DNA of 64,000 nt. Source: Alphaproteobacteria bacterium. GTDB taxonomy: Bacteria; Pseudomonadota; Alphaproteobacteria; CAAHEQ01; UBA3637. The DNA lies in the NCBI GenBank assembly GCA_045605805.1, contig JAZUQR010000027.1, positions 128,001 through 192,000 on the forward strand, written 5' to 3'. Position 1 is the first letter of the stretch, and every line of letters starts with the position of its first letter. The position numbers were made by a program, and so were the translations under genes. Below, piece after piece: positions 30,683 through 41,209 of the stretch. The notes beneath the pieces are model-generated. The model had not been told where the DNA came from. It saw nothing but the letters and a program-made list of their open reading frames with translations, and made no database searches.

Positions 30683-31020
30683 AAAAAAGCCTTTTAATTT
30701 TCTTGCTTTTTTTTGCCCTAACAACACAGGCCAAGTTTATTCAAGGCACCGACATTCCGCTGATGGACAACTTTCAAATCAGCGAAAGTGAAAGTTTTTC
30801 GTTTGATACACCGGCCGGTCAAATTATGACCATCACCGCAACCACAACCTTATCCGAAAAAGAAATCTATAAGTTTTATCAAGAAAGCCTAACGGCATTG
30901 GGCTGGCAAAAAACATCTCCCACTGCTTTTAAGCGAGAACAAGATGTCCTCAACATTAAAATCACCCCACAAAAACAAAACATGCAAATCACAATTCAAC
31001 TGACATTTTCCAATAAATAA
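30679..31020 (+). CDS. Exported hypothetical protein
   Basis: Signal peptide; DIPLM..FDTPAG..FYQESLTALGW pattern; ATGA overlap with the previous gene. Confidence 0.7.
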   Translation: MKKSLLIFLLFFALTTQAKFIQGTDIPLMDNFQISESESFSFDTPAGQIMTITATTTLSEKEIYKFYQESLTALGWQKTSPTAFKREQDVLNIKITPQKQNMQITIQLTFSNK

Positions 31021-31028
31021 AAAAACTA

Positions 31029-31057
31029 TTGACTTTTTGATTTTATTTTGATACAAT
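31029..31057 (+). promoter_or_regulatory. Sigma70-type promoter for rpsT
   Basis: TTGACT-17 bp-TACAAT with extended -10 TG. Confidence 0.7.
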
Positions 31058-31102
31058 AAAGTCCTGTTATAACAAACCAATTACTTTAAGGATTAAAAAA
31101 AT

Positions 31103-31369
31103 ATGGCAAATTTACGTTCATCTAAGACCCGTGTTGGTCGCAATAAAAGAAGAGAAAAAGTGAACAAAGACCGTTTGGGTTCTGTTCGCACAGCCGTAAA
31201 ACAGACACGTGCTGCAATTGCTGCCGGCGATAAAGAAACAGCACAAAAAGCATTTGTAAAAGCCGAAGGATCTTTGGCTCGTGCTGCAAACAAACGCACC
31301 ATTAAAAAACGCACAGCTTCTCGTTTAACATCTCGTTTGGCTGCTGCTGTAAAAGCTCTTTTCAAGTAA
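31103..31369 (+). CDS. rpsT: 30S ribosomal protein S20
   Basis: MANLRSSK start, IKKRTASRLTSRL, 88 aa and basic. Confidence 0.95.
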   Translation: MANLRSSKTRVGRNKRREKVNKDRLGSVRTAVKQTRAAIAAGDKETAQKAFVKAEGSLARAANKRTIKKRTASRLTSRLAAAVKALFK

Positions 31370-31386
31370 GAAAAGTTGATAATTTC

Positions 31387-31416
31387 AAAAACCCGCCTCA
31401 AAAGGTGGGTTTTTTT
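31387..31416 (+). terminator. Intrinsic terminator after rpsT
   Basis: AAAAACCCGCCT-CAAA-AGGTGGGTTTTTTT. Confidence 0.85.
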
Positions 31417-31493
31417 ATTGTTTTTTTAAGCGAAACACTTGACACAAGCACAAAAATCTGCTTTATTCAAAGCAAAGAACTGAAAGGAAAAAA

Positions 31494-32330
31494 ATGCATT
31501 CTAATTTATTTTTAAGAATTATCTCCTCAATCGTCTTTGTTCCTGTGGTTTTGGGGGCAATCTGGTATGGCCGTGGAGCTTATGAAGAATACTCCATTCC
31601 ATTATTTTCCATTTTTCTGGCTTGCCTTGGGGCTGGATTGTCATGGGAATGGGATACAATGTTCAACAAAAAGAACACAACAAACGGCATTTTACTAACA
31701 CTCTTTGCAGTTTTAACTTTATTTTTAACCGAAGCCAAACCGGCCTTTGCCCTGTGGATGATTTTGGCCGGCACTACCGTTTTGTTTTATAAAACGAAGG
31801 GGAATCTTGCCTTTTCGCTTGGCACAGCATACATTTGTCTGCCTTTAACAGCACTCAGCTATCTGTACCACACAAACGGACATGTCAGCCGTGAAATTGT
31901 GTTGTGGTTATTTTTTGTGGTCTGGGCAACAGATGTAGGCGGTTATGTGGTTGGCAAAACCATTGGCGGCCCGAAATTAGCCCCCAAAATAAGCCCCAAA
32001 AAAACATGGGCAGGTTTAATTGGTGCCATCTGTTTTGCCATGGCAATGGCCTATGTTTTTGCTCTGTACTTAAAAGCCTATGGATATATGAGTGGAGATT
32101 TCAGATTTAACACAAGAATCCTTGTTCTGTCGTCTGGGGTTTTGGCCGTCATTTCTCAAATTGGGGATTTATTTGAATCACACATCAAACGCAAATTAAA
32201 CATCAAAGATTCAAGCAACATCATCCCAGGGCAAGGTGGTTTATTTGATCGCTTTGACGGATTGATTTTTGCGGCCTGTGCCGTAGCCTTGGCTGTGACA
32301 TTCATGGGGGAAAATTGGTGGACACCATGA
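31494..32330 (+). CDS. cdsA: Phosphatidate cytidylyltransferase
   Basis: WATDVGGY, ISPKKTW, GDLFES..KR..KDSS and DRFDG motifs. Confidence 0.96.
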   Translation: MHSNLFLRIISSIVFVPVVLGAIWYGRGAYEEYSIPLFSIFLACLGAGLSWEWDTMFNKKNTTNGILLTLFAVLTLFLTEAKPAFALWMILAGTTVLFYKTKGNLAFSLGTAYICLPLTALSYLYHTNGHVSREIVLWLFFVVWATDVGGYVVGKTIGGPKLAPKISPKKTWAGLIGAICFAMAMAYVFALYLKAYGYMSGDFRFNTRILVLSSGVLAVISQIGDLFESHIKRKLNIKDSSNIIPGQGGLFDRFDGLIFAACAVALAVTFMGENWWTP

Positions 32331-33424
32331 TTTCAACATTAGCTTATTTATTTGCCTTTATTGTTGTCTTATCCTTGGTGGTAATTGTCCACGAAGGGGG
32401 GCACTTCATTGTGGCCCGCTTATGTGGGGTCAAAGTCACCGAATTTTCTTTGGGATTTGGAAAAAAACTTTTTTCAAGAACAGACAAAAAAGGGACAGCA
32501 TGGCAAATTCGGGCCATTCCATTGGGGGGCTATGTTAAAATGTTGGGCGATGAAGATGCGGCCAGTGCAAAATCATCTGATAAAGACATAGCACCAGAGG
32601 ATAAAAACAAAACATTTGCCGCCAAAAACTTGGCTCAACGATCAGCCATCATCTTTGCCGGCCCCGCTATGAATTATATTTTTGCGTTTGTGCTGTTGGT
32701 TGGGTTGTTCTGGGGATGGGGTGAAATCATCATCAAACCCGTTATTGGTTCTGTTCTGCCAGATTCGGCCGCACAACAAGCCGGCCTGATGCCCAAAGAT
32801 GAAATCCTCAGCATCAACGAAGAAGAAATTGATTCTTTTATGGATATTCAACGCAAAGTTTTGGTGTCTGATTTTGGTCAACCACTCAACCTAAAAATCA
32901 AGCGCAACGAAGAAGTTTTAACCATCACTTTAACACCCCATGTGGATGAAAAGACCCAAAATCCCATAATTGGCATTACTTCTGCCGGAGACACACAAAT
33001 TATCAACCAAAACTTAGGTTTTATTCAATCCGCCCAAAAAGCATTAGAAACAATTTATCTCAGCACACATGATACTTTGGTTTATCTGGGACAAGTTTTA
33101 ACCGGACAACGGTCACCAAAAGAGATGCGTGGTCCGTTGGGAATTGCCGAAGCGTCTGGAGATGCCATGATGGGTGGTTTGATTTCTTTAATAGCATTTA
33201 TTGCACAAATCTCTATTGCAATTGGCTTGATGAACTTACTACCTATACCTTTGTTGGATGGAGGTCATTTGTTCTTTTACGCCATTGAAGCCATTCGGGG
33301 CAAACCTTTATCCGAAAAAATGCAATCAGTCATTATGTGGGTTGGTTTCAGCATTCTGATAACCATTTTTGCCTATACAATGCTGTTGGATATACCAAGA
33401 ATTATACAAAGGATGATTGAATGA
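32327..33424 (+). CDS. rseP: Site-2 zinc metalloprotease RseP
   Basis: HEGGH, PDZ domain, NLLPIPLLDGG. Confidence 0.96.
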   Translation: MISTLAYLFAFIVVLSLVVIVHEGGHFIVARLCGVKVTEFSLGFGKKLFSRTDKKGTAWQIRAIPLGGYVKMLGDEDAASAKSSDKDIAPEDKNKTFAAKNLAQRSAIIFAGPAMNYIFAFVLLVGLFWGWGEIIIKPVIGSVLPDSAAQQAGLMPKDEILSINEEEIDSFMDIQRKVLVSDFGQPLNLKIKRNEEVLTITLTPHVDEKTQNPIIGITSAGDTQIINQNLGFIQSAQKALETIYLSTHDTLVYLGQVLTGQRSPKEMRGPLGIAEASGDAMMGGLISLIAFIAQISIAIGLMNLLPIPLLDGGHLFFYAIEAIRGKPLSEKMQSVIMWVGFSILITIFAYTMLLDIPRIIQRMIE

Positions 33425-35685
33425 CAAAAACAAAATATGCTTTATTGACAGCCGTCAGCCTGCTTGCCTTTCAAGCTCAGGCCGAAACATTAAAAGAAAT
33501 GAAAATAAGTGGTACAAGACGCATTGAAAATGCCGCCATTATGAACTATACGGGTCTTAAAACCGGCCAAGAGGTATCTCATGCTGATTTAGATCAAGCC
33601 ACAAAAACATTGTTTGCTACCGGCCTGTTTGCGGATGTAGATATTCAAATGAACGACGGAATAGCCTCTGTCAAAGTGACAGAAAACCCCATTGTTCAAG
33701 ATATTTATTTTGAAGGCAACAAAGCGTTGGATGATGATGTTTTGAAAACAGAAATTATGTTAAAACCCCGTGCGGTTTATACCAAAACAAAACTTCAAAA
33801 AGATGCCAATCGTTTGCAAAGTGTTTATCAACGCAGCGGGCGTTTTGCGGCCGTGGTAGAACCAAAAATCATTCAAAAAGACCAAAATCGGGTGGATATT
33901 GTGTTTGAAATCAAAGAAGGCGAAAAAGCCTTTGTCCGCCAAATCAACTTTATAGGCAACTCAGCCTTTGATGAAGACACCTTAAAAGATAAAATGATGA
34001 CCCAAGAAAAAGCATGGTATCGGTTTTTGTCCAACACCGACACCTATGATGCCGACCGTTTCAAATACGATCAGGAACTGTTAAGAAGATTCTATTTTGA
34101 AAAGGGCTATCTGGATTTCCAAATCACCGATACCTTGTCCGAATTGACACCGGATAAAGAAGGCTTTATTTTAACCGTTAAAATGGACGAAGGAAGCCCT
34201 TATACAATTGCTAATCAAACACTTCAAGTGTCTTTACCTGATTACAAAAACAACATTTCTTTGGAAGAGTATTTAGAACAAGAAACGGGCGAAAAAATCA
34301 ACATTACCAAAGTTGAAAAAACAACTGATGCGTTGACAGATAAGTTTTTGAACGAAGGCTTTGCTTTTGCGGCCGTAGAACCGGATATCATTCCAAACAA
34401 AAAAGACAAAACCGCCACAGTGGTTTATCGTGTCGCAGAAGGCGAAAAAGTCTTTATCAGACGCATCAATATCGTTGGCAATTCTCGCACACAGGATGAA
34501 GTCATCCGTCGTGAGTTTCGTATAAAGGAAGGAGATGCCTATAACGCCAACCTGTTGCGCCAATCCAAACAAAATGTATCGGATTTAGATTATTTTTCCA
34601 CCGTAGAAATGACAACAAATGCCGTTCCAATGAATCCGTCTTTAACGGATGTTGAAATGTCATTGGCCGAAAAATCAACCGGAGCCTTTAACATCGGCAT
34701 CGGCTGGTCCTCCTATGACGGCATGATGTTTGAAACCGGCATTCAAGAACGCAACATTTTGGGAACAGGCAAAATTGTTGGTATCAATATGATGCTCAGC
34801 CAAAAAGAAACCCAATATAATATCAGTTTAACCGATCCTTATTTCTTGGGCTATCGCCTGACAGCTGGCATTGATTTATATCACACAACAAGTGATAACT
34901 CGGATTCATCGTCCTATAACTATAAAACCACAGGCGGTACTGTCCGGTTCGGATGGCATTATACCGATGCGTTCAGCCATTCGGTACGCTATACTTTGCG
35001 GCAAGACAATATCTATGATATTGATGCCGATGCGGCCTTGTCCATCAAAGAACAAAAAGGCAAAACCGTTGTGTCAATGATTGGTCAAGATTTAACCTAT
35101 GACAAACGAGACAGTCGTATCAATCCAACCACCGGTTATTATACTTCGTTCAGCTCAGATTTAGCTGGCCTTGGCGGGGATACAAAGTTTTTCCGTGTGG
35201 ATGCAACAGCCATCAAATACTTCCCTGTTGCCGAAGATGTTGTCTTTTCTTTGCGAGCCGATGGGGGCTATATCTGGGGCATAGGAGGCAAAGATTTACG
35301 CATCAATGACAGATACTTCTTAGGTGACAGAAGTTTGCGTGGCTTTGAATATGGTGGCGTAGGGGCCCGTGATAAAGCCTCTGATGACGCATTAGGCGGT
35401 GATTGGTATGCAACCGCAAGTGCCGAACTCTCTTTCCCAATTGGCCTGCCCAAAGAAATGGGGGTTAAAGGAAAGGTATTCACAGATGCCGGTTTAATTG
35501 GCAAACCGGATGATTATGATGCCCAAACGATGGAATACTCCAACCGTTTGCGGGCAGCTGTTGGAACGGGCATTGAATGGGCCTCCCCAATGGGTATCAT
35601 TAACTTTGACTTTTCTTATGCATTTGCAAAAGAAGACTATGATAAAACAAGGGTTTTCCGCTTAAACTTCGGAAAAGGATTTTAA
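33421..35685 (+). CDS. bamA: Outer membrane assembly factor BamA
   Basis: POTRA repeats, LRGF motif, C-terminal FNFGKGF-type beta signal. Confidence 0.97.
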   Translation: MTKTKYALLTAVSLLAFQAQAETLKEMKISGTRRIENAAIMNYTGLKTGQEVSHADLDQATKTLFATGLFADVDIQMNDGIASVKVTENPIVQDIYFEGNKALDDDVLKTEIMLKPRAVYTKTKLQKDANRLQSVYQRSGRFAAVVEPKIIQKDQNRVDIVFEIKEGEKAFVRQINFIGNSAFDEDTLKDKMMTQEKAWYRFLSNTDTYDADRFKYDQELLRRFYFEKGYLDFQITDTLSELTPDKEGFILTVKMDEGSPYTIANQTLQVSLPDYKNNISLEEYLEQETGEKINITKVEKTTDALTDKFLNEGFAFAAVEPDIIPNKKDKTATVVYRVAEGEKVFIRRINIVGNSRTQDEVIRREFRIKEGDAYNANLLRQSKQNVSDLDYFSTVEMTTNAVPMNPSLTDVEMSLAEKSTGAFNIGIGWSSYDGMMFETGIQERNILGTGKIVGINMMLSQKETQYNISLTDPYFLGYRLTAGIDLYHTTSDNSDSSSYNYKTTGGTVRFGWHYTDAFSHSVRYTLRQDNIYDIDADAALSIKEQKGKTVVSMIGQDLTYDKRDSRINPTTGYYTSFSSDLAGLGGDTKFFRVDATAIKYFPVAEDVVFSLRADGGYIWGIGGKDLRINDRYFLGDRSLRGFEYGGVGARDKASDDALGGDWYATASAELSFPIGLPKEMGVKGKVFTDAGLIGKPDDYDAQTMEYSNRLRAAVGTGIEWASPMGIINFDFSYAFAKEDYDKTRVFRLNFGKGF

Positions 35686-35703
35686 TAATAAAAGGAGAAA
35701 AAA

Positions 35704-36264
35704 ATGAAAAAAACAATGATAACAAGTATTGCAACAGTCGCTATGATTTCATGGATGGCCTTTAACACCTATCAAATCAACAAGCCACAAATCGGTATCA
35801 TCAACTTTGCCAAAGTGCAACAAACAGCCAAAGCCTATGTTGATGCCGCCCAAAAACAACAAAAACACGATGAACAAATTCAAAACATCATTTTGCAAGA
35901 TAAAGAGTTCATCAAATTGCAAGAAGAAGGACAAAAATTAGCCGATAACCAGAAAAAAATGCCTGTGGATGAATTCAAAACAAAATCGGTTGCATTGCAA
36001 GAAAAAGCATTAAAAATCAACGAAAAATATCGTACTTCATTTGAAAGAAATGCTTTTGCCACACAAATTGCCTTAAAGGCTTTGGAAAAACAAATTGCCG
36101 AAGCGGTTGAAGCCACTTCAAAAGCAACAGGGGTTCAGGTTATCTTGCCTGTCAATACAATTTTGTATGCCACAGAAAAAGTGGATTTAACCGAAAAATT
36201 CATCAAAGAATTGGATGGGCGAGTCCAAACCGTCAATTATCCAGATCCAATCACATTACAATAA
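35704..36264 (+). CDS. skp: OmpH/Skp family periplasmic chaperone
   Basis: IGIINF start, coiled coil, VDLTEKFIKELD end; lies between bamA and lpxD. Confidence 0.75.
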   Translation: MKKTMITSIATVAMISWMAFNTYQINKPQIGIINFAKVQQTAKAYVDAAQKQQKHDEQIQNIILQDKEFIKLQEEGQKLADNQKKMPVDEFKTKSVALQEKALKINEKYRTSFERNAFATQIALKALEKQIAEAVEATSKATGVQVILPVNTILYATEKVDLTEKFIKELDGRVQTVNYPDPITLQ

Positions 36265-36273
36265 GGAGTAAAA

Positions 36274-37353
36274 ATGGCTGATACACGCTTTTTTCAAAAA
36301 AAAGAAGGGGGATTAAGTCTGCAAGAACTGGCATCCTGTGCCGAAATCGCACTGCCGGAAGGGGTGGATAACACAAAGGTATTTCATGATGTGGCTGACT
36401 TGGAGTCGGCAACTGAAAAGGATATTTCTTGGGCATTTATTCCCTCGGTGCGGGATCAGCTAAAAACAACAAAAGCAGGGGCTGTCATTGTGCCGGAAAA
36501 GTTCAAAGATTTGGTCCCTCAGGGAACAATTGCCTTGGTTTCAAAAGATGCCCACCGTTCCTATGGTTTGGCAGCCAGTGCCTTTTATCCCAATCATATT
36601 GAACCATACATTTCACCCGCAGCCCACATTGATAGCACGGCACAATTGGGGGAAGGCTGTCGTGTAGAAGCCGGAGCCGTTATCGGAAAAAATGTGAAAT
36701 TAGGCCCCATGTGTCATATTCGTGCCAATGCCGTCATTGAAGATGGTGTTGAAATGGGGGCGATGTGTATTGTGGGAGCAAACGCAACCGTATCCCACTG
36801 TATTGCCGGTTCAAAAGTATATATATATGCAGGGGCTCAAGTCGGTCAAGATGGATTTGGCTTTGCCATGAGTCCGGAAAAAGGCCCCCAAAAATGCCCT
36901 CAATTAGGTCGTGTGATAATCGGCAATGATGTGGAAATCGGTTCCTGTACAACAGTGGACCGTGGGGCCATGGGCGATACAGTCATTGGTGATGGCTGTC
37001 GCATTGATAACTTGTGCCAAATTGCACACAATGTTCAATTGGGTCGGTGCTGTGTCATCGTGGCTCAAAACGGCATTGCGGGAAGCTGTAAGTTTGGCGA
37101 CTTTGTTGTCTCCGGCGGACAAGCAGGCTATGCCGGTCATTTAACAATCGGCACAGGGGCGCAAATTGCGGCTCAATCTGGTGTTATTGGCAACATTGAC
37201 CCCATGAAAAAAATGATGGGAGCACCCGCCCAAGAAGGCCACGAGTTTATGCGCCAAATGGTTGCCTTGCGTGGCTTGACAAAAAAGAAATCTGAACAAG
37301 TAAAAGCAGATGCAAAAATCTGGTTCTGGAAAAAGTTTATAAAGAAAGGATAA
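36274..37353 (+). CDS. lpxD: UDP-3-O-acylglucosamine N-acyltransferase
   Basis: Hexapeptide repeats; GQDGFGF, VDRGA and [11 protein letters not shown] motifs. Confidence 0.96.
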   Translation: MADTRFFQKKEGGLSLQELASCAEIALPEGVDNTKVFHDVADLESATEKDISWAFIPSVRDQLKTTKAGAVIVPEKFKDLVPQGTIALVSKDAHRSYGLAASAFYPNHIEPYISPAAHIDSTAQLGEGCRVEAGAVIGKNVKLGPMCHIRANAVIEDGVEMGAMCIVGANATVSHCIAGSKVYIYAGAQVGQDGFGFAMSPEKGPQKCPQLGRVIIGNDVEIGSCTTVDRGAMGDTVIGDGCRIDNLCQIAHNVQLGRCCVIVAQNGIAGSCKFGDFVVSGGQAGYAGHLTIGTGAQIAAQSGVIGNIDPMKKMMGAPAQEGHEFMRQMVALRGLTKKKSEQVKADAKIWFWKKFIKKG

Positions 37354-37358
37354 AAACT

Positions 37359-38147
37359 ATGGCAAATATTCATCCATCCAGCGTTGTTGATCCCAAAGCA
37401 GAAATTGCAGACGATGTGCAAATCGGCCCCTTCTGTACCGTTGGACCACAAGTAAAAATCGGTTCAGGCACACGCCTGATTTCACACAATGTGATTGACG
37501 GTGATACAGTAATTGGCACAGGCAATACATTATACCCGTTTGCAAGTTTGGGCCTTCCTTGTCAACATAAACGCAACAAAGCCCAAGATTTGAAGTTAGT
37601 CGTGGGAAATGACAATGTGTTTCGTGAACATTTTACGGCCCACACTGGTTCTGATGTGGATAAAAAAATCACCACCATCGGCAACCGCAACTGGTTTTTG
37701 GTTGGGTCACATGTGGCCCATGATTGCGTTGTTGGAGATGATATTGTCATGAGTAACAATGCAGGTCTGGCCGGCCATGTGATTGTTGAAAATCGGGCAA
37801 TCATCGGGGCTATGGCAGGCGTGTTGCAATTCACTCGCATTGGCGAAGGCGCAATGATTGGGGGTATGTGTGGTGTACCAAAAGATGTCATTCCCTATGG
37901 CATTGTGATGCGAGATGGCTTATCCGGCTTAAATCTGGTTGGTTTGCAACGAGCAGGTATAGATAAAACTTTGGTAATGGAACTTCAAAAAACATACAAA
38001 GAATTGTTTTTGTCACAAGAAGGTGTGTTTAATGACCGATTGGAAAATCTGCTAGCCCAAAACACACCCAATCCATTGATTCAAAAAGTATTGGCATTTT
38101 GTCAAAATCCGTCTAAAAACGGCATTTTACATCCTGAAAGGAAATAA
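37359..38147 (+). CDS. lpxA: UDP-GlcNAc O-acyltransferase
   Basis: IHPSSVV, HVAHDC and GLNLVGLQR motifs. Confidence 0.96.
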   Translation: MANIHPSSVVDPKAEIADDVQIGPFCTVGPQVKIGSGTRLISHNVIDGDTVIGTGNTLYPFASLGLPCQHKRNKAQDLKLVVGNDNVFREHFTAHTGSDVDKKITTIGNRNWFLVGSHVAHDCVVGDDIVMSNNAGLAGHVIVENRAIIGAMAGVLQFTRIGEGAMIGGMCGVPKDVIPYGIVMRDGLSGLNLVGLQRAGIDKTLVMELQKTYKELFLSQEGVFNDRLENLLAQNTPNPLIQKVLAFCQNPSKNGILHPERK

Positions 38148-38150
38148 CAA

Positions 38151-38969
38151 ATGAAAAAGTTGGGGATTATTGCCGGTGCCGGTGCCTTACCCATTTGCTT
38201 GGTACAAGCCTGCGAACAAATGAAGCGTCCCTATTTTGTGGTTGCGTTGAAAGATTGCATGGCAAAAGACGCCCTCCCCAAACACACACCCATGGCTTGG
38301 ATACGATTGGGGGCCTTAGGGAAAGGATTAAAACTTTTGAAAAAAAACGGTGCCGAAGAAGTGGTGATGATTGGTGCCGTCAAACGCCCCTCGTTTATCG
38401 GCTTGTTCCCCGATTGGAAATGTTTCAAACTGCTTTTGAAGCATCGCAAAAAAGCCTTAGGGGATGATGCGCTTTTAAGAATCTTAATTCAAGAATTAGA
38501 AGCCAACAAGTTTTCTGTGGTCGGCATTGATCAAATTTTACCGCATCTTTTAATCAAAAAAGGTGTCTATGGACGCATGATTCCCGATGAACAAGATACT
38601 CGGGATATTAAACGAGGAATGGAAGTGGCCAAAAAACTGGGCGAAGCCGATGTTGGTCAGGCCGTTATCGTTCAACAAGGTCTTGTGTTGGCGGTAGAAG
38701 GCATAGAAGGCACAGATGCCCTTATCCATCGCAGTAAAAACTTAAAACGCAAAGGTGGACATGGTGTTTTGGTCAAAGCCGCTAAACCTCAACAAGACAG
38801 ACGGGCAGACCTGCCCACAATTGGCCCTAACACCGTTCAATCTGTGGCCGAAGCAGGTTTGGTTGGGATTGCCGTTCAAGCCGATTCTGTGTTGTTCAGC
38901 GAAGCCGAAAAAGCCGTCAAATTGGCAAACCAATTGGGCATTTTCATTATAGGAGTGGAATCAAAATGA
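38151..38969 (+). CDS. lpxI: UDP-2,3-diacylglucosamine diphosphatase LpxI
   Basis: GIIAGAGALP, DVGQ, EGIEGTD and QDRRADLPTIG motifs; lies between lpxA and lpxB. Confidence 0.93.
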   Translation: MKKLGIIAGAGALPICLVQACEQMKRPYFVVALKDCMAKDALPKHTPMAWIRLGALGKGLKLLKKNGAEEVVMIGAVKRPSFIGLFPDWKCFKLLLKHRKKALGDDALLRILIQELEANKFSVVGIDQILPHLLIKKGVYGRMIPDEQDTRDIKRGMEVAKKLGEADVGQAVIVQQGLVLAVEGIEGTDALIHRSKNLKRKGGHGVLVKAAKPQQDRRADLPTIGPNTVQSVAEAGLVGIAVQADSVLFSEAEKAVKLANQLGIFIIGVESK

Positions 38970-40102
38970 GCTTAAAAGTCTATTTAATCACAGGCGAACC
39001 ATCTGGCGACTTACTGGGTGCCAGAGTGATGCGTTCCTTAAAAAAAATAGACCCTAAAATCCAAATCTTCGGAGTTGGCGGTGAAGAGATGCAATCCGAA
39101 GGCTTAAACTCATTATTTGATATTAAGGACTTGGCCGTCATGGGTTTTTTTGAAGTCTTACCCCATTTACCCAAAATCTTAAAACACTTTAACGAAATTC
39201 AACAAGATATCCAAAAAATTAAACCAGATATCATTATGACAATTGACAGCTATTCGTTTTCAATTCGTGTGCATAAAATGTTGAAAAAAAATAAATGTGA
39301 TATACCACATGTTCATCTGGTTGCCCCTCAGGTTTGGGCATGGAAAAAAGGGCGAGTCAAAACAATCGGCCATTATGTGGATCATCTGTTTTGTCTGTTG
39401 CCAAACGAACCAGCCTATTTTGCCCCCTATGGTATGCCAGCCACTTTTGTGGGACACCCTGTCATAGAGGGAGGCTCTGACAACGGAGATGCAACCGCAT
39501 TCAGAAAAAAACACAACATCTCCCCCGAAAAAAGAATTGTATGTCTTTTGTCGGGAAGTCGTTCCAACGAAATCAAATATCTGTTAAAAGATTTTATGCA
39601 AGTGGCCGAAAATCTGTATGCCACAAATCCTGATTTATTTTTTGTTATTCCCACAGTTCAAACAGTTCAGGAAAAATTGGAAAAAGCCATGAAAAATTGG
39701 TTTGTACCACACTTGATTATCACAGGGGAAAAAGAACGCTATAATGCCTTTGCATCGGCCTCTGCGGCCTTGGCGGCAAGCGGAACAGTCAGCTTGGAAT
39801 TAGCTTTGGCCAAAGTACCCCATTTAATTGCATATAAAATGCATCCGGTCACAGCGGCTTTGGCAAAACGCATTTTGAAAATTAAATATGCCAATCTAAT
39901 CAATTTATTGGAAAATAAAGAAATCATTCCCGAATACTTACAGGAAAATTGCACTGTACAAAAATTAACCACACAAATGCGTCTGTTTTTACAAGGAGAA
40001 ACACAACAAACCCAACAAGCTCTTCTGAAACTGGGGCATCAAACCATCCCTTCGGAAAAAATAGCCGAAAAGCTGATACAACTGGCAAGGAATCATCAAT
40101 GA
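38966..40102 (+). CDS. lpxB: Lipid A disaccharide synthase
   Basis: GEPSGDLLG, APQVWAW, FVGHP and SGTVSLE motifs. Confidence 0.97.
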   Translation: MSLKVYLITGEPSGDLLGARVMRSLKKIDPKIQIFGVGGEEMQSEGLNSLFDIKDLAVMGFFEVLPHLPKILKHFNEIQQDIQKIKPDIIMTIDSYSFSIRVHKMLKKNKCDIPHVHLVAPQVWAWKKGRVKTIGHYVDHLFCLLPNEPAYFAPYGMPATFVGHPVIEGGSDNGDATAFRKKHNISPEKRIVCLLSGSRSNEIKYLLKDFMQVAENLYATNPDLFFVIPTVQTVQEKLEKAMKNWFVPHLIITGEKERYNAFASASAALAASGTVSLELALAKVPHLIAYKMHPVTAALAKRILKIKYANLINLLENKEIIPEYLQENCTVQKLTTQMRLFLQGETQQTQQALLKLGHQTIPSEKIAEKLIQLARNHQ

Positions 40103-40776
40103 CAAACAGAACTTTAATTTATCATTACCCCCTATGTCCGTTTTGCCGTTTGGTAAGATTGGCCTATTACGAAAAAGGCATTCCCCACGCTTTATTGACA
40201 GAAATCCCATGGGAAAGGCGTCCTGCTTTTTTGGATAAGAATCCCCTAGGCACATTACCCATGATAACCGAACCGGATGAGTATATGCTGTCAGGAGCCG
40301 ACACCATCTGCACCTATCTGAATGAAATCCACCAATTACCGGATTTAATGGGCGAAACGCCCCGAGGCCGTGCCGAAATTCATCGTCTGATAGAATGGAC
40401 ACATAGTGTTTTTTATACAGATGTTGTCAAACCCATTTTGTCCGAACGAGTTTATAAAACCTTACAACACAAAGGTGTTCCGGATTCCAATATTTTACGG
40501 GCTGCCCGACAAAACTATAAAATCCTGATGCCCTATTTGGATTGGATCGCATCCAGACGATCCTATTTGGGAGGGCGACACTTATCTTATGCCGATTTAG
40601 CTGTGGCCGCACAACTGTCTGTATTGGATTATTTGGGCGAACTCACTTGGGAAAAATGGCCTGATGTCAAAGTCTGGTATGCCAAAATAAAATCTCGTTC
40701 CTCATTTAAGTCTTTACTTCAAGATAAAGTTGGTGGTATAATGCCCACAGAGGAATACACAAACTTAGATTTTTAA
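40099..40776 (+). CDS. fzlA: GST-family FtsZ-binding protein FzlA
   Basis: HYPLCPFCR, PWERR, DLAVAAQLSVLDYLG and C-terminal YTNLDF; ATGA overlap with lpxB. Confidence 0.8.
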   Translation: MTNRTLIYHYPLCPFCRLVRLAYYEKGIPHALLTEIPWERRPAFLDKNPLGTLPMITEPDEYMLSGADTICTYLNEIHQLPDLMGETPRGRAEIHRLIEWTHSVFYTDVVKPILSERVYKTLQHKGVPDSNILRAARQNYKILMPYLDWIASRRSYLGGRHLSYADLAVAAQLSVLDYLGELTWEKWPDVKVWYAKIKSRSSFKSLLQDKVGGIMPTEEYTNLDF

Positions 40777-40785
40777 GGGGCCGCC

Positions 40786-41199
40786 ATGAGAAAATTTGTA
40801 TGGATATGTTTTGCCACACTCACCCTTGCTTCTTGTCAGTTTATGATGGGAGAAGAAGGCCAAAAAGTTTTTTATTGGCAACGAGCCAATACAGGGGTTG
40901 CATGGTTTGCCAAAGATCATCGGGAATGTCTGCAAGAGGCCGATTTATTTCCCTTTGAATGGCCCTCTATTCCATTATTTTCTGAAAAACCAAAAGATTT
41001 GAAATTGCGTTTTGATAACGATGCGCCATCAGGTGTTTGGGCACAATTTGTTCCTTTTCCTGGGGCACAACCTGTCTATGTAAATTCGGCCGAAAACGAT
41101 TGGTCCGTAGATTATACCTCTTACCAAGAGTGTATGGAAGGGCGACACTACCACCAACGCCTACCTGCCACACAAAACAGACAAGTTTTCCCAATGTAA
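40786..41199 (+). CDS. Putative lipoprotein
   Basis: Lipobox LAS-C, two further Cys, GGGG RBS. Confidence 0.7.
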   Translation: MRKFVWICFATLTLASCQFMMGEEGQKVFYWQRANTGVAWFAKDHRECLQEADLFPFEWPSIPLFSEKPKDLKLRFDNDAPSGVWAQFVPFPGAQPVYVNSAENDWSVDYTSYQECMEGRHYHQRLPATQNRQVFPM

Positions 41200-41209
41200 G
41201 GAGAAAAAA